Shown: positions 28,642-39,475 of the stretch, piece by piece | Position numbering within the stretch: position 1 is the first letter of the stretch | Layout: each line of letters starts with the position of its first letter | From: Terriglobia bacterium | Lineage (GTDB): Bacteria > Acidobacteriota > Terriglobia > 20CM-2-55-15 | Assembly: GCA_963664115.2 (NCBI GenBank) | Contig: CAXWPJ010000012.1 | Location: forward strand, 416,001 to 480,000 | Length of the DNA: 64,000 bases | Reading direction: 5' to 3' | Notes under the pieces: generated by a model | What the model saw: only the letters and a program-made list of their open reading frames with translations | Told to the model about the DNA's origin: nothing | Databases searched by the model: none | Position numbers and translations under genes: made by a program

Positions 28642-29811
28642 TCAGTCGATCGGTTTCTCCCAACCCTGCTCGAAATACTTTTCCCAGTTCTGCGCCCAGG
28701 GCCGGCCAAAGTAATCGATGTAACCCTCATCGAAGGGCAGCAGCTGCGTGGGTCTGCCGTCAGGACCGTTGACAATATTGCTCATCACGCGGCACTCGAC
28801 GAAGGTGTAGCGCATCTCCGGGTCGTCGAGTTCGGCTTGAAGGTCCCACTCGGTCAGCGTATGCAAGGGCCGGACAAAGGCTTCCGGATCGTAAAATGTC
28901 GTCTCGATGATGAGGCCGGTTCCATCAGGGTTCGAGCGGATGATCTCCACGGTCTCCATCGCATTGCTGTACTCGAACATCGAGATTCCCAGCGTCCACG
29001 CCTGGACATTCGCTGTCCAGCTGACCAGGGTGTCGTGGTCCCAGAATCCGATTGTTTCCCCATACCACTGCGGCACCAGTTGCACGTGCTGGCGGCCGAT
29101 GAGCACCTTGCGGATAAAATTGTCGGCGACGCCGCCGAGGAACTGAACCTGAAGCGGGTTAACCAGAACCTCGACCTCCCGGACCGCACCCCGTGTGAAC
29201 CATCGCATGAATCCCTCGGGATAGCAGAAGGAAGACACCCACTGGGGCGAATTGCTCACGGTCTCGTGATAGTTGGCCTGGACCATGCGCTGCTGGTACT
29301 CCGGGGTCAGCAACGATATCACCGTGCCCGTTTGAAGGTTCCGGCCGTCAACCCACTGGTCGGCCAAATTCCCTTTCGTGTACACACCGCCCCAGTCGGG
29401 CATGGTCCGCAGTGTGTGTATGGTGGGCCCTCCCCCAGCAGCCTCCGCTTGAGCCAGCAACACCATGTAGTGTTGCTCCGCGCTCTGATAGTCGTAGGGG
29501 CTGACGATATCAGAGACGTCGCGGTCAAAGTCACAATCGCCCCATGCAGCAAACCTGCCGCGACGCCACATATCGGAAAGCCCGCGGGGCGTGTTGCATC
29601 GGGCATATCGTGGATCCGCCCAATACTCGCGATCCAAATAGAAGTTCTCGGTCGTAAACAAGTCCACCGGCAGCGGCACGATTCCCGCCGGCGCTCGGAG
29701 CTGTGGCTCCCCTTGCGCGGCACCTGAAGCCGGCGCCACAGTCGTCAGGGACATCAGGGCCAGAAACAGGGTCATCGTGAACGCGGGTACTCTTCGACCG
29801 GCCATAGGCAT
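28642..29811 (-). CDS. Exported hypothetical protein, distant 'WEGDTLV'-family member
   Basis: [21 protein letters not shown] and YDPEAFVRP motifs; signal peptide. Confidence 0.75.
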   Translation of the reverse strand: MPMAGRRVPAFTMTLFLALMSLTTVAPASGAAQGEPQLRAPAGIVPLPVDLFTTENFYLDREYWADPRYARCNTPRGLSDMWRRGRFAAWGDCDFDRDVSDIVSPYDYQSAEQHYMVLLAQAEAAGGGPTIHTLRTMPDWGGVYTKGNLADQWVDGRNLQTGTVISLLTPEYQQRMVQANYHETVSNSPQWVSSFCYPEGFMRWFTRGAVREVEVLVNPLQVQFLGGVADNFIRKVLIGRQHVQLVPQWYGETIGFWDHDTLVSWTANVQAWTLGISMFEYSNAMETVEIIRSNPDGTGLIIETTFYDPEAFVRPLHTLTEWDLQAELDDPEMRYTFVECRVMSNIVNGPDGRPTQLLPFDEGYIDYFGRPWAQNWEKYFEQGWEKPID

Positions 29812-30054
29812 CGACGTTTCTCCCTTTCTTGTGGCTGTCGTTTCGGAAGGATCGTATTCGGAGATCTTCGGAGCGGTCAAGCGATAAGATGCACCCTCAT
29901 GAAAGACCTGCGCTCGACCATGAGAGGACAGTGCGAAGGACGGTGGGTCCCGTGTTAGATATGAGGGCAGCGACGGCGGGCGGAATTGCCTGCTGGAAGC
30001 ATCGTAAATCCCGTACAGTGACCGTTCTGAAAATCGCGGGCCTTCGGCCCGAAT

Positions 30055-30420
30055 CTAGTTTTTCGTTGCGGCCATGCCTGTTTGCGCCTCGATGGCCTGA
30101 GTTTCACGATCGAAGATGTCGAATACCGTCGTAAGCTTGGACAATTCCAGGAGATCACTTGTCCTTTGAGTTGGATTCAACAGGCTCATGCGGCACCCTT
30201 TGTTCGTCAGCGATGTATAGGTGGCAACGAGTTCGCCAAGGCCACAACTGTCGATGTAAGAAACATCTTCCAGATTCAACACAAACTTGCGGCTGTCCTC
30301 CTCCACCAACCGGTTGACCGTATTGCGCAACAACAAGACTGACTCGCCAGCTGAAAAGCGGCCAGACATGTCCACCAGCACCACCCCACGGTCGCGGCGT
30401 GTCTTCAGAGCAAAGGACAT
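30055..30420 (-). CDS. STAS-domain anti-sigma-factor antagonist
   Basis: LNLEDVSYIDSCGLGELV; paralog of 4084-4464. Confidence 0.9.
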   Translation of the reverse strand: MSFALKTRRDRGVVLVDMSGRFSAGESVLLLRNTVNRLVEEDSRKFVLNLEDVSYIDSCGLGELVATYTSLTNKGCRMSLLNPTQRTSDLLELSKLTTVFDIFDRETQAIEAQTGMAATKN

Positions 30421-30638
30421 CGAAAACTCCAATTCGGCGATTCATCCGAATTTGTGCATCAGCAGCGAGGCGCTTACGCTCGGATGCCTCCCCAAGATCG
30501 TTGCGGACAAGAATGAAAATCTGGATTAAGTGTATATCGGAGAGGAGCCGGAAGCAACGGAAGGTCAGACAACGACAAAGGGATTGCTCGTTGCCTGACG
30601 TGGCCATATGAAGGGACGTATACCTGTGATCGTATCGG

Positions 30639-32594
30639 CTATGGAAGCCGGAGCGCCAACAGTTCGGCCGGATATCCGTCTGCGGCAACCGCAATAACAA
30701 TGCACTGCACCCCGTCAACCATGTAGGACATGGGCAGGCCCGTCTGAGTCGCCGGAAGTTCGATCTCGGCTAAAATGTCGCCGGTCGCTTTGTCGTGTGC
30801 CCGAAAGACAGGCCGGCCCCCCACACCCTCTCCCGAGAAGAGGAGCGTGCGCGTTGCGAGGAGTCCGACGCGATTAGGACGTCCCGTCCGGCCCAGTTCC
30901 AGTCCGGCCAGGGCCGGATGGTTCGCAATTTCTTCCGGCGTGTCCGCGTTCGCAATCTGCCAGAGCATCTCGCCACGGTTCAGGTCGATCGCACTGATCT
31001 GGCCATAGGGAGGTTTGACGGCTGGCAGGCCATCGACCATCAGCGTCTCGGCCGGCATGAGCATGAAGTCGACCGTGACACCTTCGATAGGGGGCAGCAA
31101 GCCTTCGACCGCCGCACTCATCTGTGAACTCACGTAAAGAATGCCGGTTTCCGGATCCACCGCACCCCCTTCCCAGTTACCCCCACCGGTGGAACGCGGC
31201 AGCATGACCGTTCCCCGAATGCCGTTCTCGGGGTCGGATCGTTCGATCGGAGTGAATAGAGGCCCGAAGCGCACGCCTTCCACCAGCGCCAATGCCTTCT
31301 CCCGCAGTTCGGGGGTGAAGTCGATGAGATCATCCTCGCTTAAGCCCTGGCGTGTGAAAGCGGGTGGCCGTGTCGGGAACGGTTGCGTGGGCGACAGGCG
31401 TTCCCCCGGAACAGTCGTGTCGGTCGGTACGGGGCGTTCCACGATAGGCCAGACCGGTTCGCCCGTGACCCGGTTGAACACATAAGCCCAGCCCTGTTTG
31501 GTGATTTGCGCCACGGCCGGAATCGAGAGTCCATCCACTTCGATGTCGACCAGAATCGGTGCGGCTGGATTGTCGAAATCCCAGACGTCATGGTGCACCA
31601 GCTGGAAATGCCAGAGGCGTTCTCCGGTTGCGGCGTCGAGCGCCACCACGCTGCTGGAATAGAGGTTGTCGCCCAGTCGATGCCCGCCATACCAGTCGTG
31701 AGTGGAAACCTCGGTGGGGAGGTAGACAATACCCCGTTCGAGGTCGGCCGAGAACATGGTCCAGACACCCGCGTTACCGGAGTATTGGTTCGAATTGTTT
31801 TCCCATGTTTCCGCTCCCGGCTCCCCGTTCTCAGGAACGACGTGGAAGCTCCAGAGCAACGCGCCTGTCCGGACGTCGAATCCCCGGATGTCGCCTGGAA
31901 TATTCTCGGGTGTTGGCTGACTCCGACCGCTGATATGAGCCGAGCCCACAATAACAACGTTGTTGACGATCACCGGTGGTGAGGACGAGCCGATGGTACC
32001 GATCGGGTTCACACCCTCGGGAACGCGAAGCGAGTCCATCAGGTCGAGGACACCGTCGTCGGCGAAGCCGGACACGGGTCGTCCGGTGGCCGCATCAAGG
32101 GCGATCAAGCGATAGCCGGGAGTGATGTAATAAATTCGCGCTTCGTTCCCGTTACCGCCATCCCAATATGCGACGCCGCGTCCGGAGTTGATCCGAGGCG
32201 CGAGCGCTCCCCGTTCACCCTCGTCTGTCCGATAAACCCATAGCGTCTCTCCCGTCGCGGCCTCGATTGCCACGATGGCCCTGCGGGAGCCCGCAGTAGC
32301 ATAGAGGACGCCACCGACCATGATGGGCGTGGTTCGGTAGTTGTTTTCGGGTACAGGACCGAAGTTACGGGCGGACCACTGCCAGGCGATTTCAAGCTCA
32401 CCCACGTTGGAAGCATCGATCTGATCCAGGGGAGAGTATCGGGTACTGCCCAGGTCCCCTCCATACACCGGCCATTCACCTCGGGCGGGACCGACTTGCG
32501 CACCAGAGTGAACCGCGGCCGCGAAGAGAAACAGAAACAGGACGATGCAATGCGTTGCAACGCGGCTTCGGTATTTGAGAGAAACTATCGTCAT
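30639..32594 (-). CDS. PQQ-dependent glucose/quinate-type dehydrogenase (soluble, no TM domain)
   Basis: STRYSPLDQI, RGVAYW, WHFQLVHHDVWDFD, GGNWEG and KPPYG motifs. Start uncertain. Confidence 0.9.
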   Translation of the reverse strand: MTIVSLKYRSRVATHCIVLFLFLFAAAVHSGAQVGPARGEWPVYGGDLGSTRYSPLDQIDASNVGELEIAWQWSARNFGPVPENNYRTTPIMVGGVLYATAGSRRAIVAIEAATGETLWVYRTDEGERGALAPRINSGRGVAYWDGGNGNEARIYYITPGYRLIALDAATGRPVSGFADDGVLDLMDSLRVPEGVNPIGTIGSSSPPVIVNNVVIVGSAHISGRSQPTPENIPGDIRGFDVRTGALLWSFHVVPENGEPGAETWENNSNQYSGNAGVWTMFSADLERGIVYLPTEVSTHDWYGGHRLGDNLYSSSVVALDAATGERLWHFQLVHHDVWDFDNPAAPILVDIEVDGLSIPAVAQITKQGWAYVFNRVTGEPVWPIVERPVPTDTTVPGERLSPTQPFPTRPPAFTRQGLSEDDLIDFTPELREKALALVEGVRFGPLFTPIERSDPENGIRGTVMLPRSTGGGNWEGGAVDPETGILYVSSQMSAAVEGLLPPIEGVTVDFMLMPAETLMVDGLPAVKPPYGQISAIDLNRGEMLWQIANADTPEEIANHPALAGLELGRTGRPNRVGLLATRTLLFSGEGVGGRPVFRAHDKATGDILAEIELPATQTGLPMSYMVDGVQCIVIAVAADGYPAELLALRLP

Positions 32595-32725
32595 AATTTG
32601 CCCATAATAAGTTGAATATCTGATCACAACGGAAGTGATTACCATTCGCTGCTAACCGTACTCGATCGATCTGTAAGCGCTTGAACCTCTAGTCCGGACT
32701 CCGTGCCATCGGGACAGTTCTTTCC

Positions 32726-33673
32726 CTATCGAAGCATACCCGAAAGGTCGTAAGCCGCCACTCTGTTCTCCTGCATGTGCGGCACGATCGCGAGTCCCGA
32801 ATCTGCAATGAAACCGAGGTCCGCGGTTCCGGGTCCCAATTCGGCCAGGTCCCGCACGCTGCCGTCACTGTAAACCTGCATGACCTTTCCGGCCAGAAAG
32901 TCGGTAATCACATACCCGCCCTGCCCATCGCTCTCGACACCATCAATATTTGCAAACGGCAAGGGAGTGATCAGGGTCTTTTCTTTCGTGGTCAGATCCA
33001 GCGCATAGAGCCGGCCCGGAACCTCTGTGCTGAAATCGGGGCCGGGTTCCCCCCAGCCACCCACGATCAGGCGATTGCCTTCGACGAGCAGGCCGTTCGG
33101 ATACTCGAGTTCTACGCCTTCGGCAAAGATTTCGACTGCACCGTCCCGGACCGCGTAAATGCTGCTCGCAGCCATGTCCGATACGTAAACAGTCCCGTCG
33201 TCTCCAATCGCAACATCGTTCAGGAACTGGGCGCTCTCCACGCTCAGGCGTGAAACAATCGCAGCGGTTTCGATGTCGATCCCGATGATCTCGTCGAGGT
33301 CCGCCGTCCAGAGGACTCCCTCGTGGCTCCTCAAGCCCTTCGGCGCATTCAACCCCGTGACCCAGGACTCTGACACCACATCCCCACCGAGGCTGAGCTG
33401 AACAATGCGTCCGTTTCCATCGCGCTGGGCCGGATCCCCGGCAATCTGGGATGAGAAGATGAAGCCCGAGTCCACGTCAACGTAAACGCTTTCGGGATTT
33501 TCAATGCCCGCAGTGGCTTCCCAGACGGGGATCAACCCAGAGGCAGTCGCAAGCGAATCGGGTTCGTCGACGGTCGGATCTTCACTCTCCGGTGCCGGCG
33601 CGCAGGCCGCCAGCAGGAGAATCAAACTGCTCAGGGTCAGATAGCGCACCCAGTACTCTGTTTTCAACACCAC
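32726..33673 (-). CDS. SMP-30/gluconolactonase-like beta-propeller lipoprotein
   Basis: Lipobox LAAC; NPES, LNAPKGL, FLNDVA and PNGL motifs. Confidence 0.8.
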   Translation of the reverse strand: MVLKTEYWVRYLTLSSLILLLAACAPAPESEDPTVDEPDSLATASGLIPVWEATAGIENPESVYVDVDSGFIFSSQIAGDPAQRDGNGRIVQLSLGGDVVSESWVTGLNAPKGLRSHEGVLWTADLDEIIGIDIETAAIVSRLSVESAQFLNDVAIGDDGTVYVSDMAASSIYAVRDGAVEIFAEGVELEYPNGLLVEGNRLIVGGWGEPGPDFSTEVPGRLYALDLTTKEKTLITPLPFANIDGVESDGQGGYVITDFLAGKVMQVYSDGSVRDLAELGPGTADLGFIADSGLAIVPHMQENRVAAYDLSGMLR

Positions 33674-33741
33674 AGTATCTCCTCTTTATTCAATCGTAGG
33701 CACTCACAGCGGGAACGCGACGCGAAGAATGCATTCTTCGT

Positions 33742-34557
33742 CTACTGATCCCCCTCGTAAGGGGCAGCCACTCCGACCAGTCCCGCACGCTCGATTGAAG
33801 ACATGACGAATCCCGAGGCTTGAATTTCAGAGACAAACTCTTCGACCGCCGCCCGCTTCGCCGCATCGCCTTTAGCGACGACAAACGACTGCTCGACCTC
33901 CATGAAACTGTCATCGAGAACCCTCAACTGGGAACCCGAAGCCGCCTCGGCATCGAGTGAACGCTGCCGATTGATCGCGAAAGCGTCCACCTCCCCGCTG
34001 GTCAAGAGCACCTCCAGCTCGGCCTGGGACGGAACAGTTTCAAAATAGCTGATCTCGGCGTCGTTCAACTGGCTGCTCACAAACAACTCCTGGGACTGCC
34101 CCCTAACGGCGCCTACCTTCACACCGGCGCGGTCGACGTCCGCGCTTGTTTCAAAGGCTGAGTCCACGGGCACCAGATAGCTGCTGAACATGACCAGGTA
34201 GGCCCCGGCATAATCCACTTCAAGTGCCCGGCTATCGTTATAGGCTAGAAACCCGATGTCGGCCTCACCACTCTCCATCGTGTCCATGAGGCCCCGAGCG
34301 TTTGGTGCGGAAATCATTCTGTAGGGCACGTCGAGTCTGTCTGCCAGTTCCTGAACCAGATCGGGCACCGTGCCTGTGGCGACTCCGGTTTGTGCGTCCG
34401 TCCGGCTCTGGACGGGATTGCTGCCAAGGTAAACCGCACGGAGTGTCCCCGTGGGCGCCAGGACCGGCAATGGTGTCTCTGTCTCGGCTGCCATACACCC
34501 GGCGGTCACAAGGCCTGAGAGCAGCCAGATTGCGGTGAGTTTGTTTGCATATCGCAT
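33742..34557 (-). CDS. ABC-type (family 3) substrate-binding lipoprotein
   Basis: LAPTGTLRA and DVDRAGVKVGA; lipobox TAGC. Confidence 0.8.
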   Translation of the reverse strand: MRYANKLTAIWLLSGLVTAGCMAAETETPLPVLAPTGTLRAVYLGSNPVQSRTDAQTGVATGTVPDLVQELADRLDVPYRMISAPNARGLMDTMESGEADIGFLAYNDSRALEVDYAGAYLVMFSSYLVPVDSAFETSADVDRAGVKVGAVRGQSQELFVSSQLNDAEISYFETVPSQAELEVLLTSGEVDAFAINRQRSLDAEAASGSQLRVLDDSFMEVEQSFVVAKGDAAKRAAVEEFVSEIQASGFVMSSIERAGLVGVAAPYEGDQ

Positions 34558-34794
34558 AATGAGATTATTCTACCGCATGCCTGTCGAATGCCCGCGGCAT
34601 CTATGTGTGGATCAAATATTTCTTTAGCTTTTGATGGGATACAGTACCGGACGGCGCGGCCCACATACGATGACTTTGCCGGGCGGGGCTCGAAGAACGC
34701 CTCAGAACCTCTGTGAGTTTCGATTCGCGTCTCATGTCGCAGTATCAGCAGTCGGGGGAAGGGAATGTCGGAGGGGAAAGGGAAAGAGCCGGGA

Positions 34795-35067
34795 CTACTT
34801 GCCGCTCTGGTCTGTTTCTTTCAGGACCTTGTGCTTGTACTTCGTGTCCTCGATCTGCTTGTCGAGGCCGACCTTCATACCCTTTTTTCGGGCGGCTTTA
34901 TAGTTCGCATCCCGAATACCCTCTGAACTCACAGCGAAACGCGACAGCGTCCGTTCAAGCTTCTCACTATTACACGACGGACACGTGGGAGCGTCTTTAG
35001 CCGGGGGGAGCACCAGGAACTCAAACTGGTTACCACACCCCTGACACTCGTATTCGTAGATCGGCAT
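34795..35067 (-). CDS. FmdB-family zinc-ribbon regulatory protein
   Basis: MPIYEYECQGCG...CPSC. Confidence 0.9.
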   Translation of the reverse strand: MPIYEYECQGCGNQFEFLVLPPAKDAPTCPSCNSEKLERTLSRFAVSSEGIRDANYKAARKKGMKVGLDKQIEDTKYKHKVLKETDQSGK

Positions 35068-35232
35068 CGCTTCACAATACATGCCGCCGGGGGGACCTTC
35101 AACACCCTGCTGTGGTCCCGGCGCCCGGCCTCTCAAGTCGAGAGCCAGGCGCAACCGGCGATCATACAGTTAAATTATATCTATTTTAAATACAATCATT
35201 TAATTTGTTATTCTAAAAGTTACACTTTATAT

Positions 35233-36591
35233 TTATTGATTAGGACTTGTAGCGAAATATCCGGGTATGCCGGCTTTTGTCGCCCGGAGTATTTCTATGA
35301 TGGCCTGTCTGTCTTCGGGCGACAGCCGGTCATATTTCGGGTCATCATCCATGCCGGAGAGCACCTGCCAGAGCCGCGCGTAGATGGCATTTCTGGCTTC
35401 CACAGGAAGGCCATCAAACACATGGGTATAGATCATGTAGCTGAGCGGGTAGCGCATCAACCGCCGCCCGAGGTCAAACTGACGCAGAGATCGGCCCAGA
35501 CTGTCCCGGGGACCCCGGTTTTCGAACTGTACTGAAAATCCGGAACTCCCGGTAACGGGAAACTGGAGCTCGGCTTCATCAACGAACAACATGTAGTCCA
35601 CCACCTCATCCAGCGCATCCTCCAGATCGATCAGGTTGAGAACGCTCGAGGCCCGATCCCCTGCCACAGCGCTTCGCAAGGTATAGCGTACTTCCCAGCC
35701 ATAACGCGTCAAGAGGTTGATCATGTGCATCTGATGTTCGAAAACCATTAGCGCAACGATGTCGCTGGAGGGAACCAGATAGGCCCCGTCATCGACACGC
35801 CCCGCGATGGAACCCAGCGTCAGTTCCTGATTGTCGCGGATGGATTCTTCATTCTGCGGGTCGGTAATCACACCATTCCCGAGATGGCGTACGCCGCCGT
35901 GGCGCCCCGTAACGTAAAATCCGCCCCATCGCTCTTCGAAGGGGCTCTCATGGTTGATCAGAAAATTGCCGAGCTGGGGATTGATTCTCCCGTCCGGTGA
36001 CGGCATGACGCTGCGGACGAGCATTCCCGGAACGCCGAGGCTGTTAATGGAATCGTGGCATCTCAGACAGAGCTGATCCTGTCTGGAGAAAGCGGGAACC
36101 TGCGGCGGTCTCTGCTGCTCAATCGTGTAGAAGATCACGCCCTTCTCCGAATCCACCGAAGCCACCTCGAGCAGCGGTGCGCCCCGGATCGCAGCCACGA
36201 CGACGGTGTCACTGAAGTACACCAGGCGGGGGTTGTCGGGCTGTATATAGGGACTCTGGAGGCTGTTCTTCGAAAACAACGCCACCGGGGATTCTATGGC
36301 GATGTCCAGGGCTTCCAGGACCGACTCAAGATAGCCCAGGGGTCCGTTGGACCGCAGCGCGACAGCCCCGTCCCGGAGATTGAGGTTCAGTTCTGCCACC
36401 GGATCTGCGGGCTGACCGTAATAGTCAATTACCGGGTGACTGGCTCGGGGAGAGAACATAGTCCGGTCGAGTTGAGCCGTGAACGCAGCCGAAACGGCGG
36501 CAACGATAGTCACCACGGCCACCACGATCACGCAGGCAACTCGGGCAGGGCTGATCACAGTCCGATAATTCCCTCTCAGGTTTCGTGTCAT
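35233..36591 (-). CDS. Exported hypothetical protein with one CxxCH (putative c-type cytochrome)
   Basis: CLRCH, ERWGGFYVTG and SDIVALMVFEHQ; N-terminal TM/signal segment. Confidence 0.7.
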   Translation of the reverse strand: MTRNLRGNYRTVISPARVACVIVVAVVTIVAAVSAAFTAQLDRTMFSPRASHPVIDYYGQPADPVAELNLNLRDGAVALRSNGPLGYLESVLEALDIAIESPVALFSKNSLQSPYIQPDNPRLVYFSDTVVVAAIRGAPLLEVASVDSEKGVIFYTIEQQRPPQVPAFSRQDQLCLRCHDSINSLGVPGMLVRSVMPSPDGRINPQLGNFLINHESPFEERWGGFYVTGRHGGVRHLGNGVITDPQNEESIRDNQELTLGSIAGRVDDGAYLVPSSDIVALMVFEHQMHMINLLTRYGWEVRYTLRSAVAGDRASSVLNLIDLEDALDEVVDYMLFVDEAELQFPVTGSSGFSVQFENRGPRDSLGRSLRQFDLGRRLMRYPLSYMIYTHVFDGLPVEARNAIYARLWQVLSGMDDDPKYDRLSPEDRQAIIEILRATKAGIPGYFATSPNQ

Positions 36592-36660
36592 TAATGTTGC
36601 CGCTGGGACCTCAACCGCAATATCCTATCCGAACTCAAGCAATCCAAGGAGCCCAGCACA

Positions 36661-37551
36661 ATGCATCCAACTTTTACGAATCGCCTCTTCACGACAATGC
36701 AAGTACTCGCGCTGGCGTATATGCTCGGTCCGAGTGCGCTGGCACAGGACCTTCCCGAACACAAAGACATTGTATACGGGACGGTAGACGGCAAGGAACT
36801 CGGACTGGACATCTACCTGCCTTCAAACGTGAGCTCGCCTCCGCTCGTGGTCTGGGTGCACGGTGGGCGGTGGATGAATGGCTCCAAGGAGCGCGGCGTT
36901 CCGATGCAGTTCGTCGACGCCGGTTTCGCTGTTGCGGGCCTGGATTTCCGGCAATCGACGGAAGCGCGGTTTCCGGCGATGGTTCACGACATCAAGGGTG
37001 CGGTCCGATTTCTTCGGGCACACAGCGATGCCTACGGTTATAACAGCGACCGGATCGCCATTGCCGGGTCGTCTTCAGGAGCGCACCTGGCAACACTGGT
37101 TGGCGTCACGAACGACCACAGCGAGCTGGAAGGTACGGTGGGGGGCAATGAGAGCACGTCCTCCAACGTTCAGGCCATCATCAGCTACTACGGTGCTTCC
37201 GATCTGACGACGATTCTCGAGCAATCGACGCCGTATGGCGTTGGCGTGCGTGAACCCGCTCTCGAAGTGCTGCTGGGCGCGGTTCCCGAAGCGGCCCCCA
37301 AATTGGCCGAACTGGCAAGCCCCGTCACTCACGTCGACCGCGCCGATCCCCCGCTGCTCCTACTGCACGGCGACAGGGACCCCCAGATGCCTATCAACCA
37401 GGCGCATCAGCTTGAGGGCGTCTACGAAGCACTGGGTCTGGACGTCTATTTCGATGTCGTCCATGGATCGGCGCACGGCGGCCCTGGATTCTATACGCCC
37501 GAGCATCTGGATCGCGCGATTGCCTTTCTGGAACGCACGATTGGTCACTAG
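36661..37551 (+). CDS. Alpha/beta-hydrolase (HSL-like esterase)
   Basis: HGGRW, GSSSGAHL, HGDRD and AHG motifs. Confidence 0.9.
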   Translation: MHPTFTNRLFTTMQVLALAYMLGPSALAQDLPEHKDIVYGTVDGKELGLDIYLPSNVSSPPLVVWVHGGRWMNGSKERGVPMQFVDAGFAVAGLDFRQSTEARFPAMVHDIKGAVRFLRAHSDAYGYNSDRIAIAGSSSGAHLATLVGVTNDHSELEGTVGGNESTSSNVQAIISYYGASDLTTILEQSTPYGVGVREPALEVLLGAVPEAAPKLAELASPVTHVDRADPPLLLLHGDRDPQMPINQAHQLEGVYEALGLDVYFDVVHGSAHGGPGFYTPEHLDRAIAFLERTIGH

Positions 37552-39400
37552 TCCCAAAACAAGCGCATAACCAGTCCGCCGAGGCCCAGTTCGCGCCGAT
37601 AGAATTCGAGGCATAGAATCCCGTTCCCGGATGGCCTGTTCCAGGTATCGAGTTTCTGTTGAATCTGTTTCAGTTCAGCCTCGCTGGTGTTGGACGGTTG
37701 ACAGAAACCGGGACCTCGATCGCCCGGGCTCAGAGTCATGATCGGGTCAACATCGCAGAGGCTGACGCAACACATCCACCCCGCGGAACAAGACCGGCAA
37801 CCACCGGTTCCAGGCCAGGATCCGGAACAGAATGCGCCGCCCGGTGCGCACGAGTTGGCACGGCACAAGCATGAAAGCGTTCAAGAAGGTTTTGAACTCC
37901 ATGCGCAGCACGGTTTGCTTCTCAGCCTGATATTTTTGGCCCCAACGTCCGGTTTCGGGAAGCAGCAATGCAAACCACGCTTTCAGTGTCCAGGCCAGTG
38001 ACGCGATCACCATGTAGGCCCAGTTGCTGGTCTGATCTCCGACCGGCATCCGCAACGCCTGAACGCCGTTCTTCAACTGCTCAATGAGATTCTCCTGATT
38101 GCACCGTTGATTGGCACGCATCACAATCTGGTCGGCCGGATCCGAACGGTTGGTAATGTAGAAGAAGTACCGGATGTCGTCAAACAACACCTGCTCTCCT
38201 TTGGCCACCGACAGATTCTTCCGCACCACGACGACACGGTAGTCCCGATCGCAGGCTCCGGGTCGATACCGAAACTCGGCCACATCCTCACCCTGCAAGC
38301 GGATATTGTCGAAACCGCGCTGCCGAACGATCTCTTCCTTCACGTTGTCGGGACGTTGGCGCGGTTCGGTCGCCACGTCGTATTTCGCGGGCCGTTCCAG
38401 GCGCTTCCACTGGCGCGGCTCCAGTTCATCGGCCCGGGCCTTCAGGTTCGCCATCGCGTCAATCCCGAATATGAAACCCACCTGCTGGTCGTCCCATCCG
38501 TCCAGATGCCGGGTCTGGCTGAAGTCCGTGTCCCCGCGCAGCAGGATCTGGCGAAACCCCGCATGCCGGCACAATGCGATGGCTTGGTCGAACCGGACCG
38601 CGGCTCCTTCATGCGACGGCCGGTTGCCGCTACGATTGACCAGATACAGCGGTTCGGCGGTGTTGGCCAGCGAGATCATCAGCGGGTGATATCCCCACGT
38701 CCCGTCGTAGGCCACGTCCATCCCTTGCTTGCATTCCCCCGTGGTTTCGGCCAGTGTCCCGTCCGCGTCCAACACCGCTTCTTCGAAAAACGCCGCCGGT
38801 TGCTGTCGCCAGACTCCGAGCCGGACTTGATTGGTTGCCTCCATCAGACACTCCACGTCGTCGGCCTCGAATCTCCGGCAGAAGTCTCCCGCCGTCGTCG
38901 GATCCGGAATCCGTTGCGCTCCCAGCGCATCCAGATACACCGCATCGTTGCGCCGCAGTTCGATGTCTTCCAGGCACGTTCCTCCGCTCAAGGCGTTGTA
39001 GGCGATGTTCAGCACGTGATCCGACTCGTGATACGGCAGGTGCCGCTTCAACACATGCACGCCCTTGTCGATGGCTTCGATCAGCCCGGTCCGCCGCGCC
39101 ACCAGTTGCATCGTCCCGATACCACCAACCGATGTGCCCCGCGTCCGCTCTCCCATCTCGTACTGAATGTTGCTCGCCGAAAACATCGGCTCTACCTGAT
39201 CCGTCCAATGCCGGTCCCCAAGCCGACGTTCGATTCGCCGCTTGCGGTTCCTCATGTTCTTGCGCGTATAATCGTTCATCTGAAATGCCTCCTTTTCCGA
39301 AGAATCTGTTCAAGGTTTTTTTCGCACGGAGAGGGGGCATTTCGGGTACTTCCGCTCTTATTGCACTATCATTTCCTCGTCAATCACGCTTGTTCAGGGA
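37552..39400 (-). mobile_element. IS1380-family insertion sequence
   Basis: Imperfect terminal inverted repeats TCCCAAAACAAGCG / CGCTTGTTCAGGGA, flanked by CTAG (within ACTAGT) on both sides. Confidence 0.85.
37747..39279 (-). CDS. IS1380-family DDE transposase
   Basis: LPYHESDHVL, PDPTTAGDFCRRF, LDADGT, LRGDTDF and ENLIEQLK motifs. Confidence 0.9.
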   Translation of the reverse strand: MNDYTRKNMRNRKRRIERRLGDRHWTDQVEPMFSASNIQYEMGERTRGTSVGGIGTMQLVARRTGLIEAIDKGVHVLKRHLPYHESDHVLNIAYNALSGGTCLEDIELRRNDAVYLDALGAQRIPDPTTAGDFCRRFEADDVECLMEATNQVRLGVWRQQPAAFFEEAVLDADGTLAETTGECKQGMDVAYDGTWGYHPLMISLANTAEPLYLVNRSGNRPSHEGAAVRFDQAIALCRHAGFRQILLRGDTDFSQTRHLDGWDDQQVGFIFGIDAMANLKARADELEPRQWKRLERPAKYDVATEPRQRPDNVKEEIVRQRGFDNIRLQGEDVAEFRYRPGACDRDYRVVVVRKNLSVAKGEQVLFDDIRYFFYITNRSDPADQIVMRANQRCNQENLIEQLKNGVQALRMPVGDQTSNWAYMVIASLAWTLKAWFALLLPETGRWGQKYQAEKQTVLRMEFKTFLNAFMLVPCQLVRTGRRILFRILAWNRWLPVLFRGVDVLRQPLRC

Positions 39401-39475
39401 CTAGTGAGACCCAAGCCCGAAAACCCATCGTTGCGGTTTGGAACCGGGCGCTAAGCCATAGCAGCAGGAGGCAAG

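Noticed and set aside
27036-29727. Long plus-strand ORFs (470 aa and 473 aa)
   Set aside because: Antisense shadows of the PrpD gene and its upstream gene, with no recognisable motifs.
34547-34577. dif-like site (CGCATAATGAGATTATT)
   Set aside because: The XerD arm does not match TTATGTTAAAT, and the sequence overlaps a start codon.
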